From contig CAVTHO010000009.1 in the NCBI GenBank assembly GCA_963734545.1, positions 96,001 through 160,000 on the forward strand: a DNA stretch of 64,000 bases, given 5' to 3'. Below, piece by piece: positions 22,258-33,216 of this stretch; position 1 is the first letter of the stretch; every line of letters starts with the position of its first letter. The position numbers and the translations under genes are program-made. The notes under the pieces are model-generated. The model did no database searches and had not been told where the DNA came from. It worked only from the letters and a program-made list of their open reading frames with translations. Source of the stretch: an uncultured Spirochaetota bacterium (GTDB lineage: Bacteria > Spirochaetota > Spirochaetia > SZUA-6 > Fen-1364).

Positions 22258-24312
22258 ATGCCCATGACGCGTAAGGCAGCGGAGAAGCGGGCCGCCGAGC
22301 TTTCCCAGCTTCTCAGGGAGTACCAGCGTGCGTACTACGTCGAGAGCCGTCCGCTCGTCTCGGACAGCGAGTTCGACGTTCTGTTCGATGAGCTGCTCGC
22401 CATTGAGCAGGAGCACCCGGATCTCGCCCTTCCCGATTCCCCCACGCGGCGTGTCGGCTCAGACCTCACCCAGGAGCTTCCCGAAGCGGCGCATACCATC
22501 CCCGTTCTCAGCCTGGATAAGTCCTACACGGGAGAGGAGCTCGCGGCGTGGACCGCGAAAACCGCCCGCAATGCCGGCGAAGAGCTTTCCTTCGTCTGCG
22601 AGCAGAAGATAGACGGTGCGTCCATGGTCCTTTACTACGAGGAGGGAACCCTGGCCCGGGCTGTGACCAGGGGCAATGGCCTCGTGGGCAATGACGTCAC
22701 GGGGAACGTGAAGACCATCGGCGCTGTCCCGCTGCGCCTCGCCCAGCCCGTGACGGTCGCGGTGCGCGGGGAGGTATTTCTGGCGCACAGCCTTTTCGCA
22801 TCGATCAATGCGAAGCTGGATGAGCCATATGCCAATCCGCGCAACTTCGCATCCGGAACGCTGCGGAGGGTCAAGAGCAGCGAGGTGGCGGGAGTTCCGC
22901 TCAGCATCTATGTATACGAGGGCTTTTTCGAGAAACAGCCGGACACGCACCACGAGATACTGGAGCAGCTCGAGGATCTCGGTTTCCGCCTCAACCCGCA
23001 CGTGGGATTCTTCTCGGACGGTCCGTCGCTCTCATCGGTGAAAAGCCGGCATCCGGCCTGGCGCACCGGGTCCCTGAAGGATATCCCCGACTTCCTCGAG
23101 GCTGAAAGAAAGGGTCGCAGGAGCCTGGACTACGAGATCGACGGAATCGTGGTCAAGGTGGACGAGGTTTCCGTCCGTGAGAGGCTGGGGTACACGGGCC
23201 ACCATCCCCGCTGGGCAATCGCGTTCAAGTTCGAGTCTCCCGAGGGGGCCACGACCGTCAAGGCAATCGAGGTCCAGGTGGGCAGGACGGGGAGAGTCAC
23301 TCCCGTGGCTCGGGTGGAGCCGGTCAAGATCTCGGGCGCCACCATCGCGAATGTCACGCTGCACAACCAGGAATACATCGACATGCTCGAGCTGGCCGTG
23401 GGAGACCGGGTGGCCGTCTCGCGCAGGGGTGACGTCATTCCCGCGGTGGAGCGGGTGCTGGAAAAGAACGAGACGGGCGCCGCCACCTGGAAGCTGCCCG
23501 AATCCTGCCCGACGTGCGGAACGGGGCTCGTGAAGCAGGGCGCGCATCATTTCTGCCCCAACGCGGCCTGCCCGGACCAGGTGCGGGGCAGGCTGAATTT
23601 TTTCGTCGGCAGGGGACAGATGGACATCGAGGGACTCGGTCCGGAAACCGTCGATGTGCTCATCAAGAACGGATTGGCGCGTGATGTCGATGACCTATAC
23701 TTTTTCGATCCTGACAAGCTTCTGGATCTCCCTGGATTCGGAGAGAAGAAAGTGGCGCAGATCAGGGAGGGAATCGAGAAGAGCAAGGAGCAGCCATTTC
23801 ACGTCGTGCTTCCATCGCTCGGGATTCCCGACATCGGCCAGAAAGTGACCGAGCTTCTGATCGAGGCCGGCTACACGGGAATCGATTCACTGGTCGCGCT
23901 TGCCGCGGCGGGAGACCCCGCGCCGTTTCTGGCCATCCACGGAATCGGCGAGCGCACGGCAGAGATCCTGATGCGGGAGCTGCGAAAGAAGGGGATGAAG
24001 CGGCTCATCGAGAGACTGCGCAAGGCGGGTCTGAACCTCGAGGAAAAGGCGCAGCCGCAGCGCGCGGACCTGCCGCAGACGTTTGCCGGCCAGACCTGGT
24101 GCGTCACCGGCAGCTTCGCCAGCTTCAGCCCCCGCGAGAAGGCGATGGAAGAGGTGACCCTGCGGGGCGGAAAAGCGGTTGATTCGGTGACGTCGAAAAC
24201 CACACACCTGTTAGTCGGCGGGAGCCCCGGGAGCAAGCTGCAGAAGGCGCAGAAGCTCGGCGTCAAGATCGTGAATGAAGACGAGTTTCTCGCGCTGCTT
24301 CGGAAGTCTTGA
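22258..24312 (+). CDS. ligA: NAD+-dependent DNA ligase
   Basis: EQKIDG adenylation motif, TRGNG, YANPRN, PRWAIAFKF, CPTC zinc finger, C-terminal BRCT. Confidence 0.98.
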   Translation: MPMTRKAAEKRAAELSQLLREYQRAYYVESRPLVSDSEFDVLFDELLAIEQEHPDLALPDSPTRRVGSDLTQELPEAAHTIPVLSLDKSYTGEELAAWTAKTARNAGEELSFVCEQKIDGASMVLYYEEGTLARAVTRGNGLVGNDVTGNVKTIGAVPLRLAQPVTVAVRGEVFLAHSLFASINAKLDEPYANPRNFASGTLRRVKSSEVAGVPLSIYVYEGFFEKQPDTHHEILEQLEDLGFRLNPHVGFFSDGPSLSSVKSRHPAWRTGSLKDIPDFLEAERKGRRSLDYEIDGIVVKVDEVSVRERLGYTGHHPRWAIAFKFESPEGATTVKAIEVQVGRTGRVTPVARVEPVKISGATIANVTLHNQEYIDMLELAVGDRVAVSRRGDVIPAVERVLEKNETGAATWKLPESCPTCGTGLVKQGAHHFCPNAACPDQVRGRLNFFVGRGQMDIEGLGPETVDVLIKNGLARDVDDLYFFDPDKLLDLPGFGEKKVAQIREGIEKSKEQPFHVVLPSLGIPDIGQKVTELLIEAGYTGIDSLVALAAAGDPAPFLAIHGIGERTAEILMRELRKKGMKRLIERLRKAGLNLEEKAQPQRADLPQTFAGQTWCVTGSFASFSPREKAMEEVTLRGGKAVDSVTSKTTHLLVGGSPGSKLQKAQKLGVKIVNEDEFLALLRKS

Positions 24313-24337
24313 CTTCCCCCCCGGCCGGACTTAGAGT
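24309..24337 (+). promoter_or_regulatory. Putative sigma70 promoter of the BMP ABC operon
   Basis: TTGACT-N17-TAGAGT upstream of AAGGAGG RBS. Confidence 0.55.
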
Positions 24338-24369
24338 AGTGCGAGATATCAGACATCAAGGAGGTTTCC

Positions 24370-25504
24370 ATGAAGCGATTTTATCTGCTGGCCGCGGTGG
24401 CGCTCAGCGTCGCTCTCCTGTTGACAGGGTGCGCGCAGAAGGCAAAGACGGCTGCCAAGGGAAAGATCGGTCTCGTGTTCGACCTCGCGGGCAGGGGCGA
24501 CAACTCGTTCAACGATTCCGCCTACAACGGGCTCGTCAACCTGGCCAAGGAGTACAAGGGCTGGATCGAGGGAGACCCGAGCAAGGTGAACTTCGGCAAC
24601 CAGCTTCAGCTCAAGTACGCTGAGCCGAAGGGCGGCGGCCAGGACCGTGAGACCCTGATGCGTGCGCTCGCGGAAGAAGGCTACAATCCCATCTTCGGGA
24701 TCGGGTTCGCGTTCGGTGACTCCATCGCCAAGGTGGCAAAGGACTTCCCGAAGATCCACTTCGTCGGCATCGACGTGTTCCTCCCAGACCTGAAGGCGGA
24801 CGGCAACATCCTTTGCGCGGGCTTCACCGAGAACGAAGGGTCCTTCCTCGTCGGCGCGCTGGCCGCTCTCAAAGCGGACGGCAAGAAGATCGGCTTCATG
24901 GGCGGCGTGGACATCGGTCTCATCCACAGGTTCGAGAACGGGTTCCGCGCGGGGGCCATGTACGACAACCCGGCCTACCGCAAGCCCGGCGCAGTCCTCG
25001 TGCAGTACATCAGCAAGGAGTTCACCGGCTTCAACGACCCCAAGGGCGGGTATGACGTGTCCATGAACCTCTACAAGCAGGGCGCGGACATTGTCTACCA
25101 CGCGGCAGGCGGCTCGGGAGATGGCCTGTTCAAGGCTGCCATGGAGACCGGCAAGCTCGGCATCGGAGTGGACTCCGACCAGGCGCTGGTGTACGCTGCG
25201 GCAACCGACCCGGGCGGTCCAGGGCAGGGCGAAGTTCGTCATGACCTCGATGCTCAAGAGGGTGGACAATGCCGTGTTCGCCATCGGCAAAGAGTTCATC
25301 GACAAGGGCACAATCGCCGGTGGCTACCAGACATTCAACCTTGCATCGGACGGCGTGGGCTATGCGCTGAACGACCTGAACAAGGCAGACCTGGCGCAGT
25401 ACGGCGACAAGATGCAGGAGCTGAGGACAAAGATCATCGACGGCACGATCAAGGTGCCTGATGAGAACGTCGACGTTGCCGCATGGGCAAAGACGCTGAA
25501 GTAG
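24370..25504 (+). CDS. BMP family ABC substrate-binding lipoprotein (probable frameshift near 25210)
   Basis: Lipobox LTGC, GRGDNSFNDSAYNG, GADIVYHAAG, IGVDSDQ; C-terminus TSMLKRVDNAV in shifted frame. Confidence 0.9.
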
Positions 25505-25517
25505 ACGGGTTTTGATC

Positions 25518-25547
25518 AGGCGGGAGCGGAAGCTCCCGCCTTTTTTT
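25518..25547 (+). terminator. Intrinsic terminator after BMP gene
   Basis: GGCGGGAGC-GGAA-GCTCCCGCC followed by T7. Confidence 0.85.
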
Positions 25548-25602
25548 CTCACAGGGGCCGCCCGTGACGACATGTGCGGCCCCAAGCGGAGAATCCATCG
25601 CC

Positions 25603-27123
25603 ATGTCTGAGAATCTTCTGGAGATGAAAGGGATCACAAAGCGTTTCCCGGGAGTGACGGCAAACGACGGTATCTCCTTCGACCTGCGCCCCGGGGAGGT
25701 CCATGCGCTTGTCGGGGAGAATGGTGCAGGCAAAACAACCTTGATGAAGATTCTCTACGGACTGCACCGTCCAGATGCGGGGAGCATTCTCGTTCGCGGA
25801 GCTCCTGTGTCCATACGCGGTCCCCGGGAGGCCATCCGCCTGGGCATCGGTATGGTGCATCAGCACTTCATGCTCTTCGCCCCTTTCAGCGTCCTTGAAA
25901 ATGTCATCCTCGGGGAAGAGACCCACACGGCAGGGGTGCTCCGAAACGCCGGACCTCGACAGAAGATCGCCTCGCTGGTCGAGGAAAACCGGCTGGCCGT
26001 GGATCCTGACTCCCTGGTGGAGGACCTCTCCGTCGGCATCCAGCAGCGCGTGGAAATTCTGAAGATCCTCTACCGGGGAGCCGTCATCCTTGTATTCGAC
26101 GAGCCGACCGCGGTGCTCACACCGCAGGAGTCCAGTGAGCTCTTCAAGACATTCCGTGAGATGGAGCGGCAGGGAAAGGGCGTCATTTTCATCAGCCACA
26201 AGCTGGACGAGGTCCTGGAAGTCGCGGACCGGATCACCGTCATCCGTCAGGGCAAGGTCGTGCAGACCATGGACCGGGCCGATGCCACGAAGCAGAAGAT
26301 CGCCACGCTGATGGTGGGCAAGCCCGTTCTCCTGGAAGTGGACCGGGCTGCCCGGGAGCCCGGCAAGATCGTCCTCGATGTAAAGAACCTTCGAATGAAA
26401 AGCCCCCGTGGATATGCCGCGGTGGACGGACTTTCCTTGACCGTGCATGCCGGTGAGATCTACGGAGTGGCCGGCGTGGAGGGAAACGGGCAGACCGAGC
26501 TCGTCAAGGCCATCGCCGAAGGGGCGGAAGCGGAGTCCGGCGATATTCTCCTGTCGGGTGAGGACATCACGCACCTGAGCGTGCGGGAGCGGCGCGCGCG
26601 CGGCATTTCCCACATACCGGAGGACCGGCAAAAGGAGGGCCTGCTGATGCCGTTCTCGGTGGCATGGAACATCGCACTGGGGCAGCACTACCTGCAGCCG
26701 TACGCGTCGCGGTTCCAGATCATCAAGAAGAAGGCCATCCGGGAGCACGCGCGGCAGGTGATCGCCCAGTACGACATACGTACGCCCTCGGAGGAGACGC
26801 CGGCAAACGCGCTCTCCGGCGGAAACCAGCAGAAAGCGGTGGTGGCACGGGAGATCGGCACGGGAGATGTCCTGCTCGTTGCCGCCCAACCCACCCGCGG
26901 CGTCGACATCGGGGCCACGGAGTTCATCCACAAACAGCTCCTGGCTGCGCGGGCTGCAGGGCGCGCGGTCCTCCTGGTCTCCGCGGATCTGGACGAGCTT
27001 CTTTCCCTGTCCGATCGGATCGGTGTCATCTTCAAGGGGAAGATCATCAAGGAGTTCACCCACGACCAGGCAGTGAGAGAAGAGGTCGGTCTGTACATGA
27101 CGGGGGAGAAATCGAATGCGTAA
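25603..27123 (+). CDS. Nucleoside/sugar ABC transporter ATPase (double ABC domain)
   Basis: GENGAGKTT, QQRVEILK, FDEPT, LSGGNQQK, QPTRGVD. Confidence 0.95.
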   Translation: MSENLLEMKGITKRFPGVTANDGISFDLRPGEVHALVGENGAGKTTLMKILYGLHRPDAGSILVRGAPVSIRGPREAIRLGIGMVHQHFMLFAPFSVLENVILGEETHTAGVLRNAGPRQKIASLVEENRLAVDPDSLVEDLSVGIQQRVEILKILYRGAVILVFDEPTAVLTPQESSELFKTFREMERQGKGVIFISHKLDEVLEVADRITVIRQGKVVQTMDRADATKQKIATLMVGKPVLLEVDRAAREPGKIVLDVKNLRMKSPRGYAAVDGLSLTVHAGEIYGVAGVEGNGQTELVKAIAEGAEAESGDILLSGEDITHLSVRERRARGISHIPEDRQKEGLLMPFSVAWNIALGQHYLQPYASRFQIIKKKAIREHARQVIAQYDIRTPSEETPANALSGGNQQKAVVAREIGTGDVLLVAAQPTRGVDIGATEFIHKQLLAARAAGRAVLLVSADLDELLSLSDRIGVIFKGKIIKEFTHDQAVREEVGLYMTGEKSNA

Positions 27124-28217
27124 GCTCGGTTCAGTTCGCTTCACCCTGCTGGAAAGGTCGGCCCCGTTCATCGGTTTCCTGGCCTCCGCGGTGGTGCTCA
27201 TCCTGATCGTCATCGTGCTTGGTGAATATCCCGGGACCGCGCTGGGCGCCATCTACAAATTCACTCTCCAGACGAGCGCCAAGCTCGCCCAGGTCCTGTC
27301 TATCTCCATACCCTTCTACCTCTCGGGCCTCGCAGTGGCCATCGCGTTCAAAGCCGGCGTCTTCAATATCGGGGTGGAGGGGCAGTACTTCGTCGGCGGC
27401 TTCACGGCGGCGCTTGTCGGGATTTATCTCAAAGTGCCGCCGGCAATCCATGTTCCCCTCATCGTGCTTGCCGCCATGCTGGGAGGGGGACTCTGGGCAT
27501 TCGTGCCGGCAATCCTGAAAGTGCGGCGCGGGATACACGAGGTCATCACGACCATCCTGTTCAACAACATCGCAATCGCGCTCGTGACCTATTTCGTGAA
27601 CAACCCCTTTTCGGGTCTCCAGAAGGGCCAGAGCCTGGAGCCTCAGACCCGTAAAATCATGTCTACCGCGGTCTTCGAAAAGCTGAACGGCTTCTTCCGT
27701 GCCATCGGCTGGAACGTGCCCGACTACGTGTATCTCGACTACAGCCTGATCGTGGCGGTGGTTTTCGGGCTGCTGATCTGGTTCCTGCTCTCCCGCACCC
27801 GCTACGGGTTCGAGATCCGGGCGGTCGGCACCTCAATGGATGTCTCCCGATACGCAGGGGTCAAAGTGAACAGGGTCCAGATAGGCGCCTTCGTGGCAAG
27901 CGGCGCCCTTGCCGGGCTCATCGGACTGCAGGAGATTTTTGCCATCCGCGGCTTCTATACCTACAGCCTGGCCTCAGGGCTTGGGCTTCGACGGTATCGC
28001 GATCTCCCTGATCGGAAGAAACTCGCCGATTGGCGTCATCTTTTCCGCGGGACTTTTCGGATTCCTCAGACAGGCAGGCTACGGCCTGCAGCTCTTCACC
28101 AAGGTCCCCAACTCCGTCACATACGCCATCCAGGGTCTCATGATTCTTTTCATCGTGGTCATCAACGAAGTGATGGTGCGCGTCGTGCGAGGGCTGCGGA
28201 AGAAGGAGGTGGGCTGA
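27116..28217 (+). CDS. ABC transporter permease 1 (probable frameshift near 27977)
   Basis: FNIGVEGQ, HEVITTI, TRYGFEIRAVG; GFDGIAISLIGRN in shifted frame. Confidence 0.88.
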
Positions 28218-29093
28218 TGGACTTCTCATTTGTCACCTTCTTCCTGGTCAAGGGGCTGGAGATCTCCTCCCCCATCGCCTTTGCCGCTCTGGGCGGCGTC
28301 TTTTCGGAGCGCGGCGGAGTGGTCAACATCGCCCTGGAAGGGATCATGACCGTGACCGCCCTCACGCTCGTCTGGGGCGCCATCACGTTCCACAGCATCT
28401 GGATGGGGCTGCTCGTCGCCGTGATCTCCGGCATGCTCATGGGGCTCATCCACGCGCTGGTCACCGTGACGTTCAAGGTGGACCACGTGGTGAGCGGCGT
28501 GGCGATCAACATCTTTGCCATCGGCCTTACGCGGTTCCTCAGCCAGAGCTGGTTCGGCCAGGAGACGCAGTCCGCAATCAACTCCCGGCTTTTCCCGAGC
28601 TGGCTGGGCATCAATTCGCTGGCCTTCTGGCTGATCCCGCTAACGGCGCGTTGCCTGGTTCGCCATCAACCGCACGGTCTTCGGGCTGCGGCTGCGCAGC
28701 GTGGGGGAAAACCCCGAAGCCGCCGACACGCTGGGCGTCAACGTCTACTTCATGCGCTACGCGGGCGTGATCATCTGCGGCGCGCTGTGCGGCCTCGGCT
28801 CGGCCACCCTGTTTGCCGACAAGTGGATCAGCGGCATGGTGGCGGGACGCGGCTTCATCGCGCTGGCGGCCGTGATATTCGGCCGATGGAATCCGATCGG
28901 AGCGGTGCTCGCCTCGCTGCTCTTCGGCTACGCGGACACCGTCAGGATCGTGTTCGAGACCCGGATCCCCATCCCGGTCCAGTTCGTGCAGATGTTCCCG
29001 TACATTCTGGCACTCGTGGTGCTGGCAGGGCTTGCCGGCCGCGCCCGCGCGCCTGCCGCGGACGGAAGGGCGTTCGAGAAGGGCGAGGGGTAG
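28217..29093 (+). CDS. ABC transporter permease 2 (probable frameshift near 28648)
   Basis: FSERGGVVNIALEG; then GLRLRSVGENPEAADTLGVNV, GRGFIALAAVIFGRWNP. Confidence 0.88.
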
Positions 29094-29240
29094 AGCACGC
29101 GGCCGAAGGCCGCGTGCTAAAGGGGCCCCAGGGCGGCAGCCGGCTGCGGAGCAGACGGCGGGAGCCCTGGGGGGAGCACCCTTGCCGAAGGCCGCGTGCG
29201 AGAGGGGGGGCGCCCTTGGGAAGGCCGCGTGCGAGAGGGC
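29094..29240. repeat. Composite REP/MITE-like intergenic element
   Basis: Perfect 11-bp hairpin 29094-29118; three copies of GAAGGCCGCGTGC; 37-bp segment 29130-29166 recurring inverted at 30921-30957. Confidence 0.7.
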
Positions 29241-29246
29241 CGAGTA

Positions 29247-30690
29247 TCAGCCCTGTCTCCTGCGTTCGATTCCGTGCCAGGGCGCGCCTGCGCGCCGCTT
29301 CCTCCTGTTTCGCTGCGTCCGCATGATTCGATTGATGCCGGGCACCTCCTCGAAGAACAGAGGCAGAAGGAAGGGCCTTTCTTCTTCCCGCAGGCCGCCG
29401 GTGACCCTGATCCTGGGTATCAGGGCGAACGTGGTGACGAGCCTGAGAATGAACGAGGCGACAAAAAGGAGAGGAAAAGCGCTCACCGCGAGACCGAGAA
29501 CGGTGATCGAACGCTCCCCCATGAGATTGAGGAAACCCCCCGGCAATGAGCGATGCCAGGCCGCCGGCAATGCTTCCCACCATCGTCGAGACAGCCATGT
29601 ACATTCCGCTTTCTTCGGGAGAAGGAAAACGGGTCACGAGCTTCACCCCCGCATTGGTCGCCGCCGGGGGGAAAATGCCCCCGATGAGGCCGGCGAGACC
29701 GACCCAGAGGATGGCGGTGCGCGGAGTCGCGAACAGCCAGATTGCGGGAATCAGGCACCAGAAAGAATAGCCGATGAGGAGAACCCGCTTGACGCCGATC
29801 CTGTCGACCATTCTGCCGACGGTTCGGGCAGCCAGAAAGGTCCCCACCAGGGCGGTCGCGCTTACCGCGAACATTCCTCCGAGGAGATCATTCTTGAATT
29901 GGAGATTCTCCATGAAGTAAAGGACGCAGAGCGCTCCCCCCAGGCCCATGCTCAGGTTCCAGCTTGCCGTGAAGAGCAGCCAGGGGCGGAAACTCTTGTC
30001 CCGCAGGGGCACGAGCATGCCGCTCAAGGATCCGCCGGAGGGCTTTCCTTCGAGCGGCGGCTCGGGGATGGTGCCGTGGATGAAGATGTCGACCAGACCG
30101 AGAACGCTGGCCGCGGCGAGAATCGCGGCGGCAATTTCGAGCTTTCCGCCCGGGGGAATCAGATCCATCAACAGACCGGAAGGGAGGATCACTGCGATCA
30201 CGACGAGTGAAATCCAGCTGTCTCTCCTTCCCCAGAATGTGCCCTGCACCTCCCGGGGAATAATTGTCGTCAGCCAGCCGAACCATGGTCCCGGAGAGAG
30301 GTTGCCGATGAGCGTGGCGACGCAGATTCCCAGCATGAAGACGAGGTACGCGGCGGGATGACCGGCTCTCCAGAGCAGGAAGGCGACAGTGATCCCTACG
30401 AGCCGCAGGACCCTGTCCGTGAGAGCTGTCCAGAACCAGACGAGCTTGCGCGACCCGGCCCTTTCCCCGAGCATTGCCCCCAGCGGCTGAACCACCACGA
30501 CCCAGGCAGCGAGCGCGCCGAGGACCCCCCACTGGAATTGCGTCATTCCGATTGCGTTGCCGAAGTAGACGTAAATGATGCCGGTGATGACCGCACCCCA
30601 GGCGGAGCCGAGAGTGCCGGTGAAGATGTGCTTTCTCATCAGGGACGGCAGCTCGCCGGTCTGCACAGGCCTGCGAAGAAAGTATTTCAC
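29247..30690 (-). CDS. MFS transporter (probable frameshift in G-run near 29536-29542)
   Basis: About 12 hydrophobic segments; GAMLGERAGSRK and GRMVDRIGVKR motif-A copies; start uncertain. Confidence 0.82.
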
Positions 30691-30844
30691 TCGGCTCTTT
30701 GGCGCCGAAGCAATGGGCGGAACCGAATGGCGCGGAATACCGCGCCGAGATGGCGGGAAGCTCTGCTGGCTCATCATTTTCCCAGTTCAACCAATGAGAA
30801 TTGATCTCTCAACCGATGATTGTCAATACAACTCGCGGTTGCGG

Positions 30845-31120
30845 GAGTGCGCGAGTACGCCCTCGGCCCGAAGGCGGTACCCGTTCGGCGAGTACGCCGT
30901 CTGCGGGGCCTCCTTTCGCAGGCTCTCGCCGTCTGCTACGCAGACGGCTGCCGCCCTTCGCACGCCTTCAGCGTGCTACGCATCCCTGTGCTCGTCGGCC
31001 CTCGCCCTCCGTGGCTACGGCCCCTTGAAACGGACCGCTGTTTTCCGCTATCCTCCCGATCGCTTTTCCAACTCTGCGCGGTACCCCGCGCGTTCATTGC
31101 TGCGCGGTATGCCGCGCAGC
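30845..31120. repeat. Composite palindrome-rich intergenic element upstream of bioY
   Basis: Holds the inverted 37-bp copy (30921-30957), a 32-bp unit (30991-31022) also at 40167-40198, and two GCGCGG-N4-CCGCGC palindromes. Confidence 0.7.
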
Positions 31121-31137
31121 TACTCCGGAGGTGCGCG

Positions 31138-31722
31138 ATGGCTTCACACCTGGTCGCTGACGTGATCCGCCCCACGGGCACAAGGACCGCGTGGATATAT
31201 GACGCCGCTCTCGTGGCCGGCTTTTCATTGGTCATCGCGCTGTGCGCGCAGGTCGCCATCCCCCTCCCCTTCACTCCCGTGCCCGTCACTCTCCAGACCC
31301 TGGCGGTGCTCATGGCCGGCTGTCTCCTGGGAAGCGGCCGCGGCGCGCTGGCCGTGCTTGCCTACCTGGGTGAGGGCTTTGCCGGTCTGCCCGTCTTCTC
31401 CGCCGGCAGGGCGGGAATCGCCCACCTGCTGGGACCTACCGGCGGTTACCTGCTCGGATTCGTCGCGGCCGCGTTCATCGTCGGCATGTTTGCCGAGCGC
31501 GGCGCGGGCCGGTCATGGCAGGGCACCCTCGTGATGCTGATCGTCGGAAACGTCGTCCTCTACGTGCCGGGCGTCCTGTGGCTGGGCGCATACACGGGCA
31601 TGGACCGCGCGGTCACCCTCGGGTTCCTTCCGTTCGTGGTCGGAGATCTGTTGAAAACAGCGGCGGGCTGGGGAATCCTCTCCGGCGCTGCCCTCGCAAC
31701 GGGAAGAGCGCGCAGGACCTGA
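31138..31722 (+). CDS. bioY: Biotin ECF transporter S component BioY
   Basis: IPLPFTPVPVTLQT, GLPVF, GPTGGYLLGF, LPFVVGDLLK; GGAGGT RBS. Confidence 0.93.
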   Translation: MASHLVADVIRPTGTRTAWIYDAALVAGFSLVIALCAQVAIPLPFTPVPVTLQTLAVLMAGCLLGSGRGALAVLAYLGEGFAGLPVFSAGRAGIAHLLGPTGGYLLGFVAAAFIVGMFAERGAGRSWQGTLVMLIVGNVVLYVPGVLWLGAYTGMDRAVTLGFLPFVVGDLLKTAAGWGILSGAALATGRARRT

Positions 31723-31757
31723 TGCTTTCCCGCCGTCGGTCGAGGGGAAAGACCTAA

Positions 31758-33194
31758 GTGATCCTCGCCTACGACATCGGCACGACCAACCTGAAAGGCG
31801 CGCTGGTGAGCAAGGAGGGCAACGTCCTTGCCCGTGCGCAGGTCCCGGTTCGCATGGTGCCGAGCAGGGATCCGGACCTGTGGGAGTGCGACTCGAACAC
31901 GTGGCTTTCCGGTCTGGCGCTGGTGACCGCCCAGCTCGGCCTGCGGGAGAAGGGCCGCATACGCGCGGTGGTGGTGAGCGCGAACGGTCCCACGCTCGTG
32001 CCGGTCGACGCCGCGGGAGAGCCGCTCGACTTCGCGATGATGTGGATGGACCGGCGCGCGCGCGAAGAGGCGGATCTCATCTCGGAGTTCTCCGACACGC
32101 CCCTGGACGCCTCGTTCTACCTGCCCAAGGCGTACTGGATCATGCGGCACAAGCCGGAGATCTACGAGCGCACGCGCCACTTCCTTCCCTGCGCGGAGTA
32201 CGTCTCGCTCTTTCTCACCGGCAATGCGGTGCGCATCGTGCCCACGCAGCTCTTCAAGGACTTCTTCTGGAACGAGGCGGCAATCCCGCGGCTGCACATG
32301 GACCAGGACAAGTTCCCGCCGTTCGCGGAGATCGGCGAGCTCCTGGGCACGGTGAGAGCCGAGGCGGAAGAGACCCTTGGAATTCCACAGGGTCTGCCGG
32401 TCATCGCGGGCGGTCCTGATTTCATCATGTCCATCCTGGGCACGGCCTGCATCGTGCCGGGAAGAGCGTGCGACAGGGCCGGCACTTCGGAGGGAATCAA
32501 CCTGTGCTGGTCGGCTCCGGTGCACGACCGGCGCCTGCTCTGCTTTCCCCACATTGTGCGGGGCGCCTACAATGTGTCCGCCATGATCTCCTCATCGGGC
32601 TCCGCCCTCGACTGGGCAGCGCGCACGCTCGGCCATCGGCACGCGGACGTCGACTCGCTGGTCAAGGAAGCGCAGGAGGCGGTGCCGGGTGCGCGGCGGC
32701 TCCTCTTCCTCCCGTTCCTCGCTCCGGAGCGTTTTCCTCTCTGGGACCCCGATATACGCAGCGCCTTTCTCGGTCTCAGCCTGGAGCACGGCAAGGCGGA
32801 AATGATGCGCGCGGTCGTCGAATCAACCGGCTTCGCGGTGAGAACGGTAGTTGCGGCCATGGAGGCGGACGGCTGCCAGGTGACAGATCTGCGCGTCTCA
32901 GGCGGCCTTGCGCGGCTGCCCCTGTGGTGCCAGACGCGGGCAGACATCACGGGCAAGAAGGTGCTCCTTCCCGAGCAGGAAGACTCGGATCTCGTCGGCA
33001 ACGCGTGCGTGGGATTCTACGGCGTGGAGGAGTTCGAAAGCCCCACCGAGGCCGCGGAGAGTCTCGTGAGGTTCAGGAAGACTTTTCATCCCGATCCCGG
33101 CGCGCGCCAGATTTACGATGAGCTCTTTGCCCTGTTCGCGAAAGCCTGCACCGAGCTGGGGGACCTCTTTCGGGGCCTGTCACCGCGCGCATAG
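31758..33194 (+). CDS. FGGY-family carbohydrate kinase (xylulokinase-like)
   Basis: DIGTTNLK, WMDRRA, AGTSE, FLPFLAPERFP, SGGLAR. Confidence 0.9.
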   Translation: MILAYDIGTTNLKGALVSKEGNVLARAQVPVRMVPSRDPDLWECDSNTWLSGLALVTAQLGLREKGRIRAVVVSANGPTLVPVDAAGEPLDFAMMWMDRRAREEADLISEFSDTPLDASFYLPKAYWIMRHKPEIYERTRHFLPCAEYVSLFLTGNAVRIVPTQLFKDFFWNEAAIPRLHMDQDKFPPFAEIGELLGTVRAEAEETLGIPQGLPVIAGGPDFIMSILGTACIVPGRACDRAGTSEGINLCWSAPVHDRRLLCFPHIVRGAYNVSAMISSSGSALDWAARTLGHRHADVDSLVKEAQEAVPGARRLLFLPFLAPERFPLWDPDIRSAFLGLSLEHGKAEMMRAVVESTGFAVRTVVAAMEADGCQVTDLRVSGGLARLPLWCQTRADITGKKVLLPEQEDSDLVGNACVGFYGVEEFESPTEAAESLVRFRKTFHPDPGARQIYDELFALFAKACTELGDLFRGLSPRA

Positions 33195-33216
33195 GCGCGC
33201 GCCGCCCGTCCCGGGC

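Noticed and set aside
29094-29240. Possible mini-CRISPR from three GAAGGCCGCGTGC copies
   Set aside because: Repeat is too short, spacing is irregular and the copies form a tandem duplication.
24370-29545. Decay of the BMP ABC operon and MFS; apparent 736-aa fused permease
   Set aside because: Each gene has one indel with otherwise intact motifs; the fusion ORF is a product of the frameshift.
30800-31137. Riboswitch or BirA operator upstream of bioY
   Set aside because: No recognisable consensus; the structure is explained by repeat elements found elsewhere in the window.
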